Shown here: positions 28,315-38,261 of the stretch, piece after piece
Layout of the letters: each line of letters opens with the position of its first letter
Position numbering within the stretch: the stretch's first letter is position 1
Assembly (NCBI GenBank): GCA_036479435.1
Contig: JAZGFI010000090.1
Location: 14,846-78,845, forward strand
Reading direction: 5' to 3'
Origin: Planctomycetota bacterium
GTDB lineage: Bacteria > Planctomycetota > GCA-002687715 > DRQF01
DNA: 64,000 bases
Position numbers and translations under genes: made by a program
The notes under the pieces: model-generated
Seen by the model: the letters and a program-made list of their open reading frames with translations, nothing else
Told to the model about the DNA's origin: nothing
Database searches by the model: none

Positions 28315-30309
28315 GTGCCACGCTCGACAGAAAGAGAATCGAAGGGGACCCCATTGTCGGAACTGATCGAGCGAGTCGAGGGCTTTTTTGGCGCCAAAGG
28401 TGAGGCCTCAAAAGCCCTTGAGAATTACCGCGAACGGCCCCAGCAAGTCGCTATGGCCAAGGCAGTGGCCCAAGCGGTGGAATCGGGGCACCACCTCGTC
28501 GTCGAGGCCGGAACCGGCGTCGGCAAGAGTTTTGGGTATCTGGTGCCGGCTCTCTTGGCCGCATTATCGGCCAATAAGCGCGTGGTCGTCTCGACTCAGA
28601 CCATTAGCCTTCAGGAACAGCTTCTGAAAAAAGACGTTCCTTTGCTCCAAAGCTGCCTCGGCGAACCCTTTTCGGTGCGAGTCGCCAAAGGCCGGGGAAA
28701 CTACCTTTCTCCCCGCCGCTTAGAAGTGGCGATTGCCGAGGCTGGCGAGGCCCGCGGGCGGGAAGTGCTGGCGACGGAACTGGGACGCATTGGTCGAGAG
28801 CTCAGCCGCGGTCGGGAGGGGACACGCCAAGAGCTTTTTCCCGGCCCCCAATACGAAGCTTGGGATCTCGCGCGTTCGGATACCCAAAACTGCCTCGGAA
28901 AAAACTGCTCTCACTTTGAGGACGGATGTTGGTTTCACCAGGCCCGTCGCCAGGTTTTCACGGCCGATCTCGTCATCGCCAATCACGCGCTCTTACTCGC
29001 TGACCTCGCGATGCGCGACACGGGCAACCGTCTCCTTCCCGAGTATGACGTCGTGATTTTCGATGAGGCCCACAGCCTTGAGGCTTTGGCGCGCGAACAG
29101 TTCGGGTTTCGATTTTCGCGCCGCGAGCTCTACGCCGCTCTGTCAAAACTCTATCGTCCTTCGCGGCGGCAAGGTTTGCTGCAGTTCCTTCACGGGGCTG
29201 AGCTCGCCCGGGCCATGGTCAGTGAAGTCGCGCGTGCAGCGGAGCAGTTTTTCGGAGAAGCAGCCCTGTTGGCCGGCCGTGATGGAACTCGAGAACTGAC
29301 GCCAGATGACTTGCCGGAGGACGTCCTTTCCGAATCGCTGGTTGCCCTATCAACTGAGTTGGGACGGCTGGTAAGGGAGGCTTCAGGAGCCGATAGGAAA
29401 AAAGAGATCGAGTATCACGCGGCTCGTTTGGACGACATGGTCAGCACTCTATCGCAAGTTCTGACCTTGGATGAGAGCGCACGAGTTAACTGGGTCGAAC
29501 GCGGGCGGAATCGCGACGACGTCGAGCTGCACGCTAAGCCACTTGAAGTGCGAGATTTCTTGCAGAAGAAGCTCTTTGATGAAGTCGGAAGCGCGATTCT
29601 GACCAGCGCTACTTTGTCGGTGGGGGCAAAAGGTGGGCTCTCATTTTTCGCCAAGACCCTCGGCTGCCCGGATGCGAAACAGCTACAACTCGGTTCGCCC
29701 TTTGATTTTCAAAATCGAGTCAAGCTAAGGATTCCGACCTATCTCGACGAACCTCGCCCTGGCGACGATTACGAAGAGCGTGCAGCCCTCGCCGTCTTAC
29801 ACTACATCGAGCGCACTCAGGGGGGCGCCTTCGTGTTGTTCACGAGCTACGCGTTTTTGAATCGCATCTTGGATCGCGTTCGCGAGAGGTTGAATCAGCT
29901 TGGATTTCCGATCCTGGCGCAGGGGCAGGGAATGGCTCGTGGGACCATGATTGAGGAATTCGTGAAGGATGAGCGAAGTGTCTTGTTCGGCACGGACAGC
30001 TTTTGGCAAGGCGTCGACGTCAAAGGCGATGCCCTGCGGCTGGTGATCATCACTCGCTTGCCCTTTCCGGTGCCGAGTCTTCCGCTCAACAAGGCTCGTG
30101 CAAGGCGGATCGAGAAGAACGGCGGCAATGCCTTTCGCGAGCTATCCCTGCCCGAAGCCATTATTCGCTTCAAGCAGGGATTTGGTCGGCTCATTCGGAC
30201 CGAGGAAGACGCCGGTACGGTCGTAGTTTTGGACACGCGATTGCGCACCAAGTTCTACGGATCGAAGTTTCTTGCGGCGATCCCCAGCGTCCCCGTCTTC
30301 GAGGATTAA
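28315..30309 (+). CDS. dinG: ATP-dependent DNA helicase, DinG/Rad3-like (DEAD_2 family), apparently without Fe-S cluster insert
   Basis: Walker A 'AGTGVGKSF', 'VSTQTISLQEQLL', DEAH box 'VIFDEAHSLE', and the C-terminal helicase motifs 'VLFTSYAF' and 'VLFGTDSFWQGVDVKGD'. Confidence 0.8.
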   Translation: MPRSTERESKGTPLSELIERVEGFFGAKGEASKALENYRERPQQVAMAKAVAQAVESGHHLVVEAGTGVGKSFGYLVPALLAALSANKRVVVSTQTISLQEQLLKKDVPLLQSCLGEPFSVRVAKGRGNYLSPRRLEVAIAEAGEARGREVLATELGRIGRELSRGREGTRQELFPGPQYEAWDLARSDTQNCLGKNCSHFEDGCWFHQARRQVFTADLVIANHALLLADLAMRDTGNRLLPEYDVVIFDEAHSLEALAREQFGFRFSRRELYAALSKLYRPSRRQGLLQFLHGAELARAMVSEVARAAEQFFGEAALLAGRDGTRELTPDDLPEDVLSESLVALSTELGRLVREASGADRKKEIEYHAARLDDMVSTLSQVLTLDESARVNWVERGRNRDDVELHAKPLEVRDFLQKKLFDEVGSAILTSATLSVGAKGGLSFFAKTLGCPDAKQLQLGSPFDFQNRVKLRIPTYLDEPRPGDDYEERAALAVLHYIERTQGGAFVLFTSYAFLNRILDRVRERLNQLGFPILAQGQGMARGTMIEEFVKDERSVLFGTDSFWQGVDVKGDALRLVIITRLPFPVPSLPLNKARARRIEKNGGNAFRELSLPEAIIRFKQGFGRLIRTEEDAGTVVVLDTRLRTKFYGSKFLAAIPSVPVFED

Positions 30310-30319
30310 GCGCCCAGAA

Positions 30320-31375
30320 TCAGCTCTTCTTGCCAGCGGCGATAATCGACTTGGCTTCGCCGATCGCCGCGCGGTTCGTGGCGATTCCTTCTCGCTTGGC
30401 GCGAGCAAAAGTCGATTCGAGAGCGCCCACAACATTGGCGATTTTCTTCATCGCAACTTCTTCGTTGTAGCCGCCATCCGCGAATTCGCAGCTGACGTTC
30501 ACAATGCCGCCGGAGTTGATGACAAAGTCGGGGGCGTAGAGGATGTTCTTTTCGCGAAGGACATCACCGTGTCGCACTTCGGCGAGCTGGTTGTTGGCAG
30601 CACCCGCAACGATGGGGCACTTCAAGCGGGGGATGGTCTCGTCGTTAATAATCGCGCCCAAAGCATGAGGCGCAAAAACGTCGCACCCGATGTCGAAGAT
30701 AGCTTCGGGGTCGACCCACTTGATCTCGGGGTGCAAGGCGCTGATTGTTTTGATCTTCTCCTGATTGATGTCGGTGGCCGTAATGTGCGCGCCTTCCTTC
30801 AGGAGCCTTGCGATCACCGTCTTAGCGACAGCGCCAACTCCTTGCACGACGATGTGCTTGCCCTGGCAAGAGTCACTGCCAAAAGCCTCCTTCAAACAGG
30901 TCTTGATGCCGAGAAAGACTCCGTAGCCGGTGTAGGGCGAGGGGTTTCCTGAGCCCCCTTGTTCGCGCGACAAGCCGGCAACATAGCGAGTTCCTTTGCG
31001 GACTTCAGTGAGGTCTGCGACCCGAATGTTGACGTCTTCGGCGGTGATGTAGAGACCGTCCAAGAAATCGACGAAACGCCCCATGGCTTGCAGCAGTTCG
31101 GGCGTCTTGATTTCACGCGGGTCGCCGATGATGACCGACTTGCCACCGCCGAGTCCCGTCCGCGCGATGGCCGACTTGTAGGACATTCCCTTTGACAGTC
31201 GCAAGACGTCGGTGAGGGCCGCGTCTTCGTCCTCGTAGGGCCACATGCGAAGTCCCCCGAGGGCGGGGCCGAGGGTGGTGTCGTGAACCGCAATGAAGGC
31301 TTTCAGGCCGGTTTCTTCGTCGTCGGCGCGGACGACGCGCTCGTAGCCGTCGACCTTGAGGTCGCTGATTTTCAT
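30320..31375 (-). CDS. ldh: Glu/Leu/Phe/Val dehydrogenase family; leucine dehydrogenase-like
   Basis: 'AVHDTTLGPALGGLRMWPY...LSKGMSYKSAIARTGLGGGKSVI' (active-site Lys region) and the Rossmann motif 'VVQGVGAVAKTV'. Length 351 aa. Confidence 0.85.
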   Translation of the reverse strand: MKISDLKVDGYERVVRADDEETGLKAFIAVHDTTLGPALGGLRMWPYEDEDAALTDVLRLSKGMSYKSAIARTGLGGGKSVIIGDPREIKTPELLQAMGRFVDFLDGLYITAEDVNIRVADLTEVRKGTRYVAGLSREQGGSGNPSPYTGYGVFLGIKTCLKEAFGSDSCQGKHIVVQGVGAVAKTVIARLLKEGAHITATDINQEKIKTISALHPEIKWVDPEAIFDIGCDVFAPHALGAIINDETIPRLKCPIVAGAANNQLAEVRHGDVLREKNILYAPDFVINSGGIVNVSCEFADGGYNEEVAMKKIANVVGALESTFARAKREGIATNRAAIGEAKSIIAAGKKS

Positions 31376-31791
31376 CGTGGTGAACTCTTTGGGAGAGGGG
31401 TCGTCTAAGCAGAGCAAGGCCCAGGGCACGAGGCTCCCGAGGGCGCATCTTAAGGCTACTCGGCCCCTTGCTCAAATAAGGTCGCAAGCGAGGGTATTTC
31501 CTAGGTTTAGGTCGAGAAAGTGGGAAGTTCTCAGAGCGGAATCACGTTTAAGTTAGTGTTCCCTAATGAGGACGGACTGTCAGCCCTGGAGACACTCACT
31601 CGCCCTGGGGAATACAGCGAAAAGGCTGTAAGTGACTTTGGCGAAGCTGCTTAAGGTGAAGTGGGGGGATTTAAGCGGCTTTGGTCCGCACCTTGCAACG
31701 TCTTTTGCCATCGCCGCCGCGTTTCTTGCGGCCCTCACAAGTGGAAGGGGGCTGTCAAAGCGCAGGAGGAAAGGAAGAAAGGGCCCAAATC

Positions 31792-32442
31792 ATGACGACG
31801 CAACTAAAGCAGAAGACCGACGTCGGCCACATTGACGCGGTCGCCAACACGCCCGCCACCAAGTCCAAGACCAAGCGCAGTCAGCGCACTCCAGCCGAAC
31901 TCGCCGCTGAGCGCAAGCTTATCCGGGCGGTGCAAGCTGGTGACAAACTGGCCTTCGAGAAACTCGTCAGGTCCTACGAGCAAAAAGTCTTTTGGATCGC
32001 CCACAACCTCGTCAATCACACCGAGGACGCCAGGGACATCGCACAAGAGTCTTTCTTGCGAGTTTACAAAGCCATTGACCGATTTGACCTGAAGTACAAC
32101 TTCTACACTTGGCTCTACCGGATCGTCGTGAACTTGGCGATTGACCGTCTGCGGAAAAAAGGCAAACAGAACGCCGTCAGCATCGAGGAATTTCCCACCG
32201 ATCCTGCGACGAACCAAACGCCTGAAGACCATATGCGCCACTCGGAAACTGGAGAAAAGATCTTTGAGGTCTTGGACGCCATGCCCGACAAGTACAAGAC
32301 GGTCATCTTGCTCCGCGACCTACACGAGATGAGCTGCGAAGAAATCAGCGAGATCATCGAGTGCACCAACGCGACCACCCGCTGGCGCCTGCACCGCGCC
32401 CGCGAGATGTTCAAAGAACGCTGGGCCCGCATCGTCGTCTGA
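31792..32442 (+). CDS. RNA polymerase ECF-type sigma-70 factor
   Basis: Region 2 'FEKLVRSYEQKVFWIAHNLVNHTEDARDIAQESFLRVYKAIDRFD...FYTWLYRIVVNLAIDRLRKK' and region 4 'LRDLHEMSCEEISEIIECTNATTRWRLHRAREMFKE'. An AG-rich RBS precedes ATG 31792. Confidence 0.85.
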   Translation: MTTQLKQKTDVGHIDAVANTPATKSKTKRSQRTPAELAAERKLIRAVQAGDKLAFEKLVRSYEQKVFWIAHNLVNHTEDARDIAQESFLRVYKAIDRFDLKYNFYTWLYRIVVNLAIDRLRKKGKQNAVSIEEFPTDPATNQTPEDHMRHSETGEKIFEVLDAMPDKYKTVILLRDLHEMSCEEISEIIECTNATTRWRLHRAREMFKERWARIVV

Positions 32443-32507
32443 GCTTGGCCCACCCTGTTGCGGGGAAGGCCTAGACTCAGCCGTCCGTTCCCCGTGTGGC
32501 CACAAGA

Positions 32508-32543
32508 GGCCCTCCATCATCAATGGAGGGCCTTTTGTCGTTG
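32508..32543 (+). terminator. Rho-independent terminator after the sigma factor (GGCCCTCCAT-CATCA-ATGGAGGGCC + TTTTGTCGTTG)
   Basis: 10-bp perfect stem plus a U-tract, read from the sequence. Confidence 0.6.
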
Positions 32544-32683
32544 CCGAACTCAGCTTTCCAACAACGGCAGAATTCAGCGACTGAAGTTTGACGGCGGAGG
32601 TTCAAACGGCAAGACTGTGTTCCGTTCATGCCGAACCTCCCCTTGTCAATCACTGGACACCAGCTGTGAATTTCATCCGGAAC

Positions 32684-34792
32684 ATGAGCATCAAAACGAA
32701 GATTGTCCTCATGCTTTTGACGGTGAGCATCACGTCGATCATGGTGATTGGGTACTTGGGTTATCGCAGCGGTCGCGATTCGCTTCGAGCCAGCATTGAG
32801 AACCAACTCATCGGGTTGAGTGAAGTACGGACGCGCCAAATTCAGGGTTATTTTGAGCGAATCGACAATCAGCTGGGGAGCCTTGCCAACGATCCAACGG
32901 TCGTTCAGGCAATGGTCGATTTTCGAGACTCATTCAAGGCCTTAGAGGACGAAAGTCTCGTTGATGCTGATCTACGAAGACTCTCAGAATGGTACCAGTT
33001 CGTCTACTTGAAAGAGCTGAAGAGAAAAACTGGCGAGGACGCGAACGTCGAGTTCTATCTTCCTGAAAGTCAGTCGGGTCGCGTTGCGCAACACAGATTC
33101 ATCGCCGCTAACTCGTATGAAGAGGGCGATCGGCAAATGTTGACGGATACCAAAGACGGCACGGCCTACAGTAAAGTCCACGCGCATCACCATCCCTTTT
33201 TTAGGGACTTCGCCGACCGCTTCGGCTACTACGATCTTTTCCTAGTCGAGCCGGAGAGGCTCGAAGTGGTCTACTCCGTTTTTAAGGAGTCAGATTTTGG
33301 GACTGACCTTAGAGATGGCCCTTATCGAACGAGTGGCCTAGCGCGGGCGGCAAAAGCGGCAAAAGGCCGAGCGGGTTCGAATGCGGTGACCTTTGTCGAC
33401 TTTTCGCCTTACCGCCCCTCCTATTACGATCCGGCCGCATTTTTGGCAATGCCACTTGAGGTCGGCAGCGAACTGATCGGAATTTTGGTGTTGCAGATTT
33501 CGATCATAGATCTCAACCGAATCATGACGGATGACCGGCACTGGCAAAGCGACGGACTTGGGAAGACTGGTGAGTCAATTTTGGTTGGCGCCGACTACCT
33601 GGCGCGGTCGGCAGCACGACCGATGATTGAGGATCCCCGGCGTCACATCTCCCGGCTCATCGAACATAATGCGCCGGCGGATGAGGTTGAGAAGATCCGC
33701 CGTCACCAGACCACGATCCTGGCCCAAAAAATCAAGAATTTAGCGACGGTGTCGGCCCTGTCGAGCGGACAAAGCGGTGTTGTGGTGGTCCGCGACTACC
33801 GAGATCAAGAGGTATTAGCTTCCTATCGCCCGGTCGATGTGCCCGGCGCGCGCTGGGCTGTGCTCGCCCAAATGGACCTTGACGAGGCGTTGGCGCCAGT
33901 AACGGCTTTCGCTAGGAGTGTCATTCAAACTGCGCTAGCCATCGTGATCGCCGTCACCATTATCGCCATGATCTTGGCCTGGCTTTTTGAGCGCCCCATT
34001 GCGCGCCTTACACAAAGAGCTCAAGCGATCGCAGAGGGCGGGGAGGAGGTCCCCATCGAGGTGACCTCTAAAGACGAACTGGGAAGACTTAGCGTCTCCT
34101 TCAATCAGATGGTCCGCAAGCTCAAAGAAACGACGGAAACGGTCCGCCGTCGAAATGCCGAAACCGAGAATCTCATCAGCAGTATTTTTCCGCCCAGTGT
34201 CGCCCACAAGATCCGCCAGGGCGACGAGCAGGCGGCCGATCAGTTCGAGGCGGCCTCTTTGGTCGTGGCTGATGTGATTGGGTTCACGGGCCTCTTGCAC
34301 CGGCTTCCCGCCAAAGAGTTCGTTCAGATTTTGGACGACCTGATGTCACGATTTGATGAAGCCACTGAGCGACATGCAGTGGAGAAGATCAAGACCCTTG
34401 GATCGGGTTACCTCGCGGTCGCGGGAGTGCCCACACCAAAGCTTGACCATGTTCGGCGAGCCTTCGACTTTGCTGCCGAGCTTGTGCGTTTGACCAATTC
34501 CTTTGCGCGCCAGAACGACCTTGCGATACGGGCCCGTGTTTTCGTGGATTCCGGACCGATCGTGGCAGGGGTAGTCGGCAAGAATCGAGTCGTCTATGAC
34601 GTGTGGGGAGACGTCGTCAACAAGGCGTTTCGAAGTCTCTCGAGTCTCGAAGGCAAGACTGGTGTCTTCGTTTCGAAGTCAGTCGCCTCTCGATTAGAGG
34701 ATCTTCATCGCTTTCAGAAGACCGAGCTGCACAATCAAGAATCCGTGTGGCTCTTTCTTGAAGAACTTGAGTCCAAAGAGAGTAGGGCTTGA
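32684..34792 (+). CDS. Membrane sensor adenylate/guanylate cyclase: TM - dCache-like periplasmic domain - TM - HAMP - class III cyclase (CHD)
   Basis: N-terminal TM 'IVLMLLTVSITSIMVIGYL', a second TM 'ALAIVIAVTIIAMILAWLF', the HAMP 'ERPIARLTQRAQAIAEGG...LGRLSVSFNQMVRKL', and the CHD 'ASLVVADVIGFTGL...KIKTLGSGYLAVAGVP...DVWGDVVNKA'. Confidence 0.85.
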   Translation: MSIKTKIVLMLLTVSITSIMVIGYLGYRSGRDSLRASIENQLIGLSEVRTRQIQGYFERIDNQLGSLANDPTVVQAMVDFRDSFKALEDESLVDADLRRLSEWYQFVYLKELKRKTGEDANVEFYLPESQSGRVAQHRFIAANSYEEGDRQMLTDTKDGTAYSKVHAHHHPFFRDFADRFGYYDLFLVEPERLEVVYSVFKESDFGTDLRDGPYRTSGLARAAKAAKGRAGSNAVTFVDFSPYRPSYYDPAAFLAMPLEVGSELIGILVLQISIIDLNRIMTDDRHWQSDGLGKTGESILVGADYLARSAARPMIEDPRRHISRLIEHNAPADEVEKIRRHQTTILAQKIKNLATVSALSSGQSGVVVVRDYRDQEVLASYRPVDVPGARWAVLAQMDLDEALAPVTAFARSVIQTALAIVIAVTIIAMILAWLFERPIARLTQRAQAIAEGGEEVPIEVTSKDELGRLSVSFNQMVRKLKETTETVRRRNAETENLISSIFPPSVAHKIRQGDEQAADQFEAASLVVADVIGFTGLLHRLPAKEFVQILDDLMSRFDEATERHAVEKIKTLGSGYLAVAGVPTPKLDHVRRAFDFAAELVRLTNSFARQNDLAIRARVFVDSGPIVAGVVGKNRVVYDVWGDVVNKAFRSLSSLEGKTGVFVSKSVASRLEDLHRFQKTELHNQESVWLFLEELESKESRA

Positions 34793-36318
34793 CCATGGGA
34801 GAGTTTAGCCGCCAAGAAGTATTTTGGTTCGTCGCCGTTGCTTTGGTTTTTCCGCTTCTGACGATCTTGCTTGGCGAGGTCGTTGCGCGTCTAGAGAGAC
34901 GGCGAAGCCAACTTGCGGGACCATTCGCTGGCGTGCGTTTGTTGATCCTGCCGTTGTTGGCGGTCCATTTCTTCGCCACCCGGGTCGCGGATCTAGATCC
35001 TGACTCAATCTTTAGCCGCACGGTCCTCACCCTGTTTTGGGTCGCGGTTATTCACACCTTGTTTGGTCTCCTCAATGCGGTGTTTTTCTCTGATTCGGAG
35101 GACGCCGACTCCTGGCGAACCAAAGTTCCTAAGTTGTTTCGCGATGTTGTCCGAGTTGTGGTCTTGATCATCGGCGCTTCCATTGTCACATCGACGGTAT
35201 GGGGAGCCAATCTCGGCGGCCTGGTTGCGGCTTTGGGGGTTGGCTCGGTGGTCTTGGGGTTCGCTCTCCAAGAAACTCTTGGCAACGTCATGTCGGGCAT
35301 TGCGCTCCTATTCGAGCGCCCGTTTCGAGTCGGAGACTGGATAAAAGTCGGCGACCACATCGGCCGCGTTACGGAAGTGAACTGGCGGGCGATTCGCTTA
35401 CGAACGCGAAAAAATGAAGAGCTGGTGGTTCCCAATAGCGTGTTGGGCCGCGAGATCATCACCAACTTTGACATGCCTACGGCGCCATTTGCAGAACAGA
35501 TATTCTTGGGGTTCTCCTACGACGATCCCCCGAACTTTGTGAAGTCCGCTCTGCTAAAGGCGGCGGCGCGAACGCCGGGGATCGCTAATGATCCGCCGGT
35601 CCAAGTGCAGACCATCTCCTACGATGATTTTGCTATCACTTATCGCATCAGAATTGCCGTTGGTTCCTACGAGAACCTGATGGAGGTTCGTGATCAGTTC
35701 ATGTCCCGGGTGTGGTATGTCGCCAAGCGCTACGGACTCTCGATCCCCTTTCCCATTCGGACGATTCAAATCGATCGTAGCTCGAAGGCGGCGGGCGACG
35801 TCGATATGGAGGATCTTCGAGCGTTTGCCAACGCGAGCACCGTCGATGAAGACGCCTTGGCCACCTTGGCTGAGAAGTCGCAGATTCGCAGCTTTGGAAA
35901 AGGCGAGACTGTTCTCGAACTAGGCGAGATCTCAAGGTTCTTTTATATCGTCCTTACCGGCAAAGCCGAATTGTCGAAAGGCGAATCCCTTGCCCCTGTT
36001 CCCATCGTGAATTGCGGGCATGGGGAGTTTGTGGGAGAGAGTGCCTTGATCGGCAATGGCCAGACTCAGGCTCGAGTAAAGGCTCTCGATGATCTAGAGT
36101 TGATTGCGATCAATCCCGCAACCATGCACGACACCCTTGGCCGGCACATGCAATTTGCTCATGAGATAGATCGCGCCTTGGACCAACGGCGAGCTTTGAT
36201 GGAAGAGGAATTAGGGACGTTGAGACACTCTCAAAGTCGTGAGACCTCGGAGTCCGGAGAAGAGCGAATCCTCGCAGGAATTCGCGATTTTCTGCGAGCA
36301 GATGGAGTTTCCTCGTGA
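34789..36318 (+). CDS. Mechanosensitive channel MscS family protein with C-terminal cyclic-nucleotide-binding (cNMP) domain
   Basis: MscS core 'VVLGFALQETLGNVMSGIALLFERPFRVGDWIKV...GRVTEVNWRAIRLRT.N.ELVVPNS'. C-terminal CAP-like domain 'FGKGETVLELGEISRFFYIVLTGKAEL...GEFVGESALI'. ATGA overlap with the cyclase gene. Confidence 0.85.
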   Translation: MTMGEFSRQEVFWFVAVALVFPLLTILLGEVVARLERRRSQLAGPFAGVRLLILPLLAVHFFATRVADLDPDSIFSRTVLTLFWVAVIHTLFGLLNAVFFSDSEDADSWRTKVPKLFRDVVRVVVLIIGASIVTSTVWGANLGGLVAALGVGSVVLGFALQETLGNVMSGIALLFERPFRVGDWIKVGDHIGRVTEVNWRAIRLRTRKNEELVVPNSVLGREIITNFDMPTAPFAEQIFLGFSYDDPPNFVKSALLKAAARTPGIANDPPVQVQTISYDDFAITYRIRIAVGSYENLMEVRDQFMSRVWYVAKRYGLSIPFPIRTIQIDRSSKAAGDVDMEDLRAFANASTVDEDALATLAEKSQIRSFGKGETVLELGEISRFFYIVLTGKAELSKGESLAPVPIVNCGHGEFVGESALIGNGQTQARVKALDDLELIAINPATMHDTLGRHMQFAHEIDRALDQRRALMEEELGTLRHSQSRETSESGEERILAGIRDFLRADGVSS

Positions 36319-37160
36319 AGCGTCGAGGCCACGTTCTCACCGTCATCTTGGGCCTGATGATTGTTGCGGCGATGGGCTGCCGGCAAGAGCCTAGCGAAGA
36401 AAAGCGAAGCATCGAAATTAATGGCTCTAGCTCCTTGGAACCAGCAATCCTTCACTGGATCAAGAACTATCCCAATGCCGCCGGGAGCAGCATTGACTGG
36501 AAAGACACGGGGAGTAACGACGCCATTCAATCCCTGATTAGGGGTGAGACTGATGTCGCGGCTTCAAGCCGTCGCATGACGTCCCGAGAGCGATTCCGCG
36601 TCCAAGAGCTGCGTGTCGCGGAAGCCACCGAGACAATCGTCGCCTTAGGAGCCGTGGCGGTACTTGTTCATCCGTCGAACCCGGTTGATGCCCTTGATCT
36701 TGCCGCCCTGGCAAAGATCTATTCGGGGCAAGCCTCAAGCTGGTCTGAATTTGGCGGAAAGGACGCCGAGATCACCATTCACGGCCGTGACAAGTCCTCG
36801 GGCACTCGCGCGTTCTTTCAGAAGACCGTGCTCGGTGTGAGGCCCATCGCGGACTCCATGATCGATCACGAAGAGCACGCGGCGATCGTCGATGCGGTTG
36901 CCGCTGATCCCAACGCGGTTGGATTTGGACCTTTGCGCCGTCTTGAAGGCGTCAAAGTGCTCAAGGTCGGCACGGCGGATCGTGCCCCGGTAGGAGCTAA
37001 TGCCGAGACTTTGAAATCGGGCGCCTACCCGCTTTCACGCTCGCTTTTCCTTTACTCGCGCAGTGATGTGGACTCCGTGGTACGCGAGTTCTTGAGCTAC
37101 GTCATCAGCCCGGAGGGGCAAGCGGCACTGGGCCCTTTGGGGCTGCAACCAGCGCACTAA
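36315..37160 (+). CDS. PstS-like phosphate-binding periplasmic lipoprotein
   Basis: GTG start overlapping the upstream stop (GTGA). Lipobox 'IVAAMGC'. PBP-like fold motifs 'INGSSSLEPAI', 'GTGSNDAIQSL..GETDVAASSR', 'GKDAEITIHGRDKSSGT' resemble PstS / phosphate-binding-protein family. Confidence 0.6.
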   Translation: MKRRGHVLTVILGLMIVAAMGCRQEPSEEKRSIEINGSSSLEPAILHWIKNYPNAAGSSIDWKDTGSNDAIQSLIRGETDVAASSRRMTSRERFRVQELRVAEATETIVALGAVAVLVHPSNPVDALDLAALAKIYSGQASSWSEFGGKDAEITIHGRDKSSGTRAFFQKTVLGVRPIADSMIDHEEHAAIVDAVAADPNAVGFGPLRRLEGVKVLKVGTADRAPVGANAETLKSGAYPLSRSLFLYSRSDVDSVVREFLSYVISPEGQAALGPLGLQPAH

Positions 37161-37166
37161 GCCCAC

Positions 37167-37829
37167 CTAAGAGTCGCCGCAAAGGCGGATGACTTCCTCG
37201 ACCAAGGTCTCAATCCCCGATGCAATGTCTTTGATCGGGGCTTCGTACATGTAGGCGGGGCAGGTCACGATTTTTTTCTGCTCGTCGGTGACGGCTCCCT
37301 GCACGACGCAGTCTTTGTGCTGGGCTCCGAGTTTCTCTAGTTCGTTGGCGGTCGTGACGTCGTCGCCAATGGTTAAGAGCGGCTTGTCGTCCCCGAGAGC
37401 CAGGGCGAGAAGGGCCGGGGCGATACAGATGCCACCGATGGGCTTTTTTTGCTCGTGCATCTCGTGGAGCAAGGTGGCCAGGCCGTCGTGAATATTCGCG
37501 GAGGCGCCCTCAATGCCAAAACTCGACAAGTTGAGCGCAGCCCCAAAACCGCCGGGAAGGATGAGGGCGTCGAGTTCGTTGGCGTTGGCTTTGGAAAGGT
37601 CTGAGATCTTGCCCCGGACAACGCGCGCTGATTCCGTCAAGACGTTTCGGCTCTCCGTCGTTAGCTCGCCGGTCAAGTGATTGCTGACCTGCCTCTGTTC
37701 AATGCTTGGGGCAAAGCAAAAGACCTCCGCTCCGGCGCGATCGAGCGCGAGCAGGGTGATGACGGATTCTGTGATCTCGGATCCGTCCAAATATCCGCAT
37801 CCGGACAAAATGACTCCAACTTTCGGCAC
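37167..37829 (-). CDS. elbB: DJ-1/PfpI-family glyoxalase-like protein ElbB
   Basis: 'MPKVGVILSGCGYLDGSEITESVITLLALDRAGAEV' closely matches the E. coli ElbB N-terminus. 'ICIAPALLA' carries the nucleophile-elbow Cys. Confidence 0.85.
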   Translation of the reverse strand: MPKVGVILSGCGYLDGSEITESVITLLALDRAGAEVFCFAPSIEQRQVSNHLTGELTTESRNVLTESARVVRGKISDLSKANANELDALILPGGFGAALNLSSFGIEGASANIHDGLATLLHEMHEQKKPIGGICIAPALLALALGDDKPLLTIGDDVTTANELEKLGAQHKDCVVQGAVTDEQKKIVTCPAYMYEAPIKDIASGIETLVEEVIRLCGDS

Positions 37830-37873
37830 GTTGACTCTCCTCAGTGATGATAATGGGGTATGGGGCGGCGGAC

Positions 37874-38158
37874 CTAGTCTTCGCTGTCGAATCCAAACTC
37901 ATGGCCTTCGGTGGCTTCGCCGCCACTGAAGTCGAAATCGCCTTTTGAGGTCGCGTGTTCTAAGTCGGAGACCTTGCTCTGCAGTTTCTTGATCATGCGT
38001 TTGAAGATCTCGACGCTGCGGTCTTGCTCGACGACGACTTCATTCAATTGGTCATAGCTTCGCGACAGGTGTGCAAGCTGTATCTCAAGCTCAGTGATGC
38101 GAGCGTTTGCAAGTTCGGCGGGCCGAGCGTCTTGATCGCGTTCAGATGGGGCCGACAT
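37874..38158 (-). CDS. slyX: SlyX-like coiled-coil protein
   Basis: 'RITELEIQLAHLSRSYDQLNEVVVEQDRSVEIFKRMIKKLQSKVSDLE' resembles the SlyX helical core. Small and acidic C-terminus. Confidence 0.5.
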   Translation of the reverse strand: MSAPSERDQDARPAELANARITELEIQLAHLSRSYDQLNEVVVEQDRSVEIFKRMIKKLQSKVSDLEHATSKGDFDFSGGEATEGHEFGFDSED

Positions 38159-38261
38159 CGGCGCTCCTCAAGTCAAAACCTAGACGGCTTAAGGCTGCGA
38201 GGATAACACACTGGGCTGATCCGGCGTTGTGTTCTGATGCCGACACGGTCAACATGCAGGC

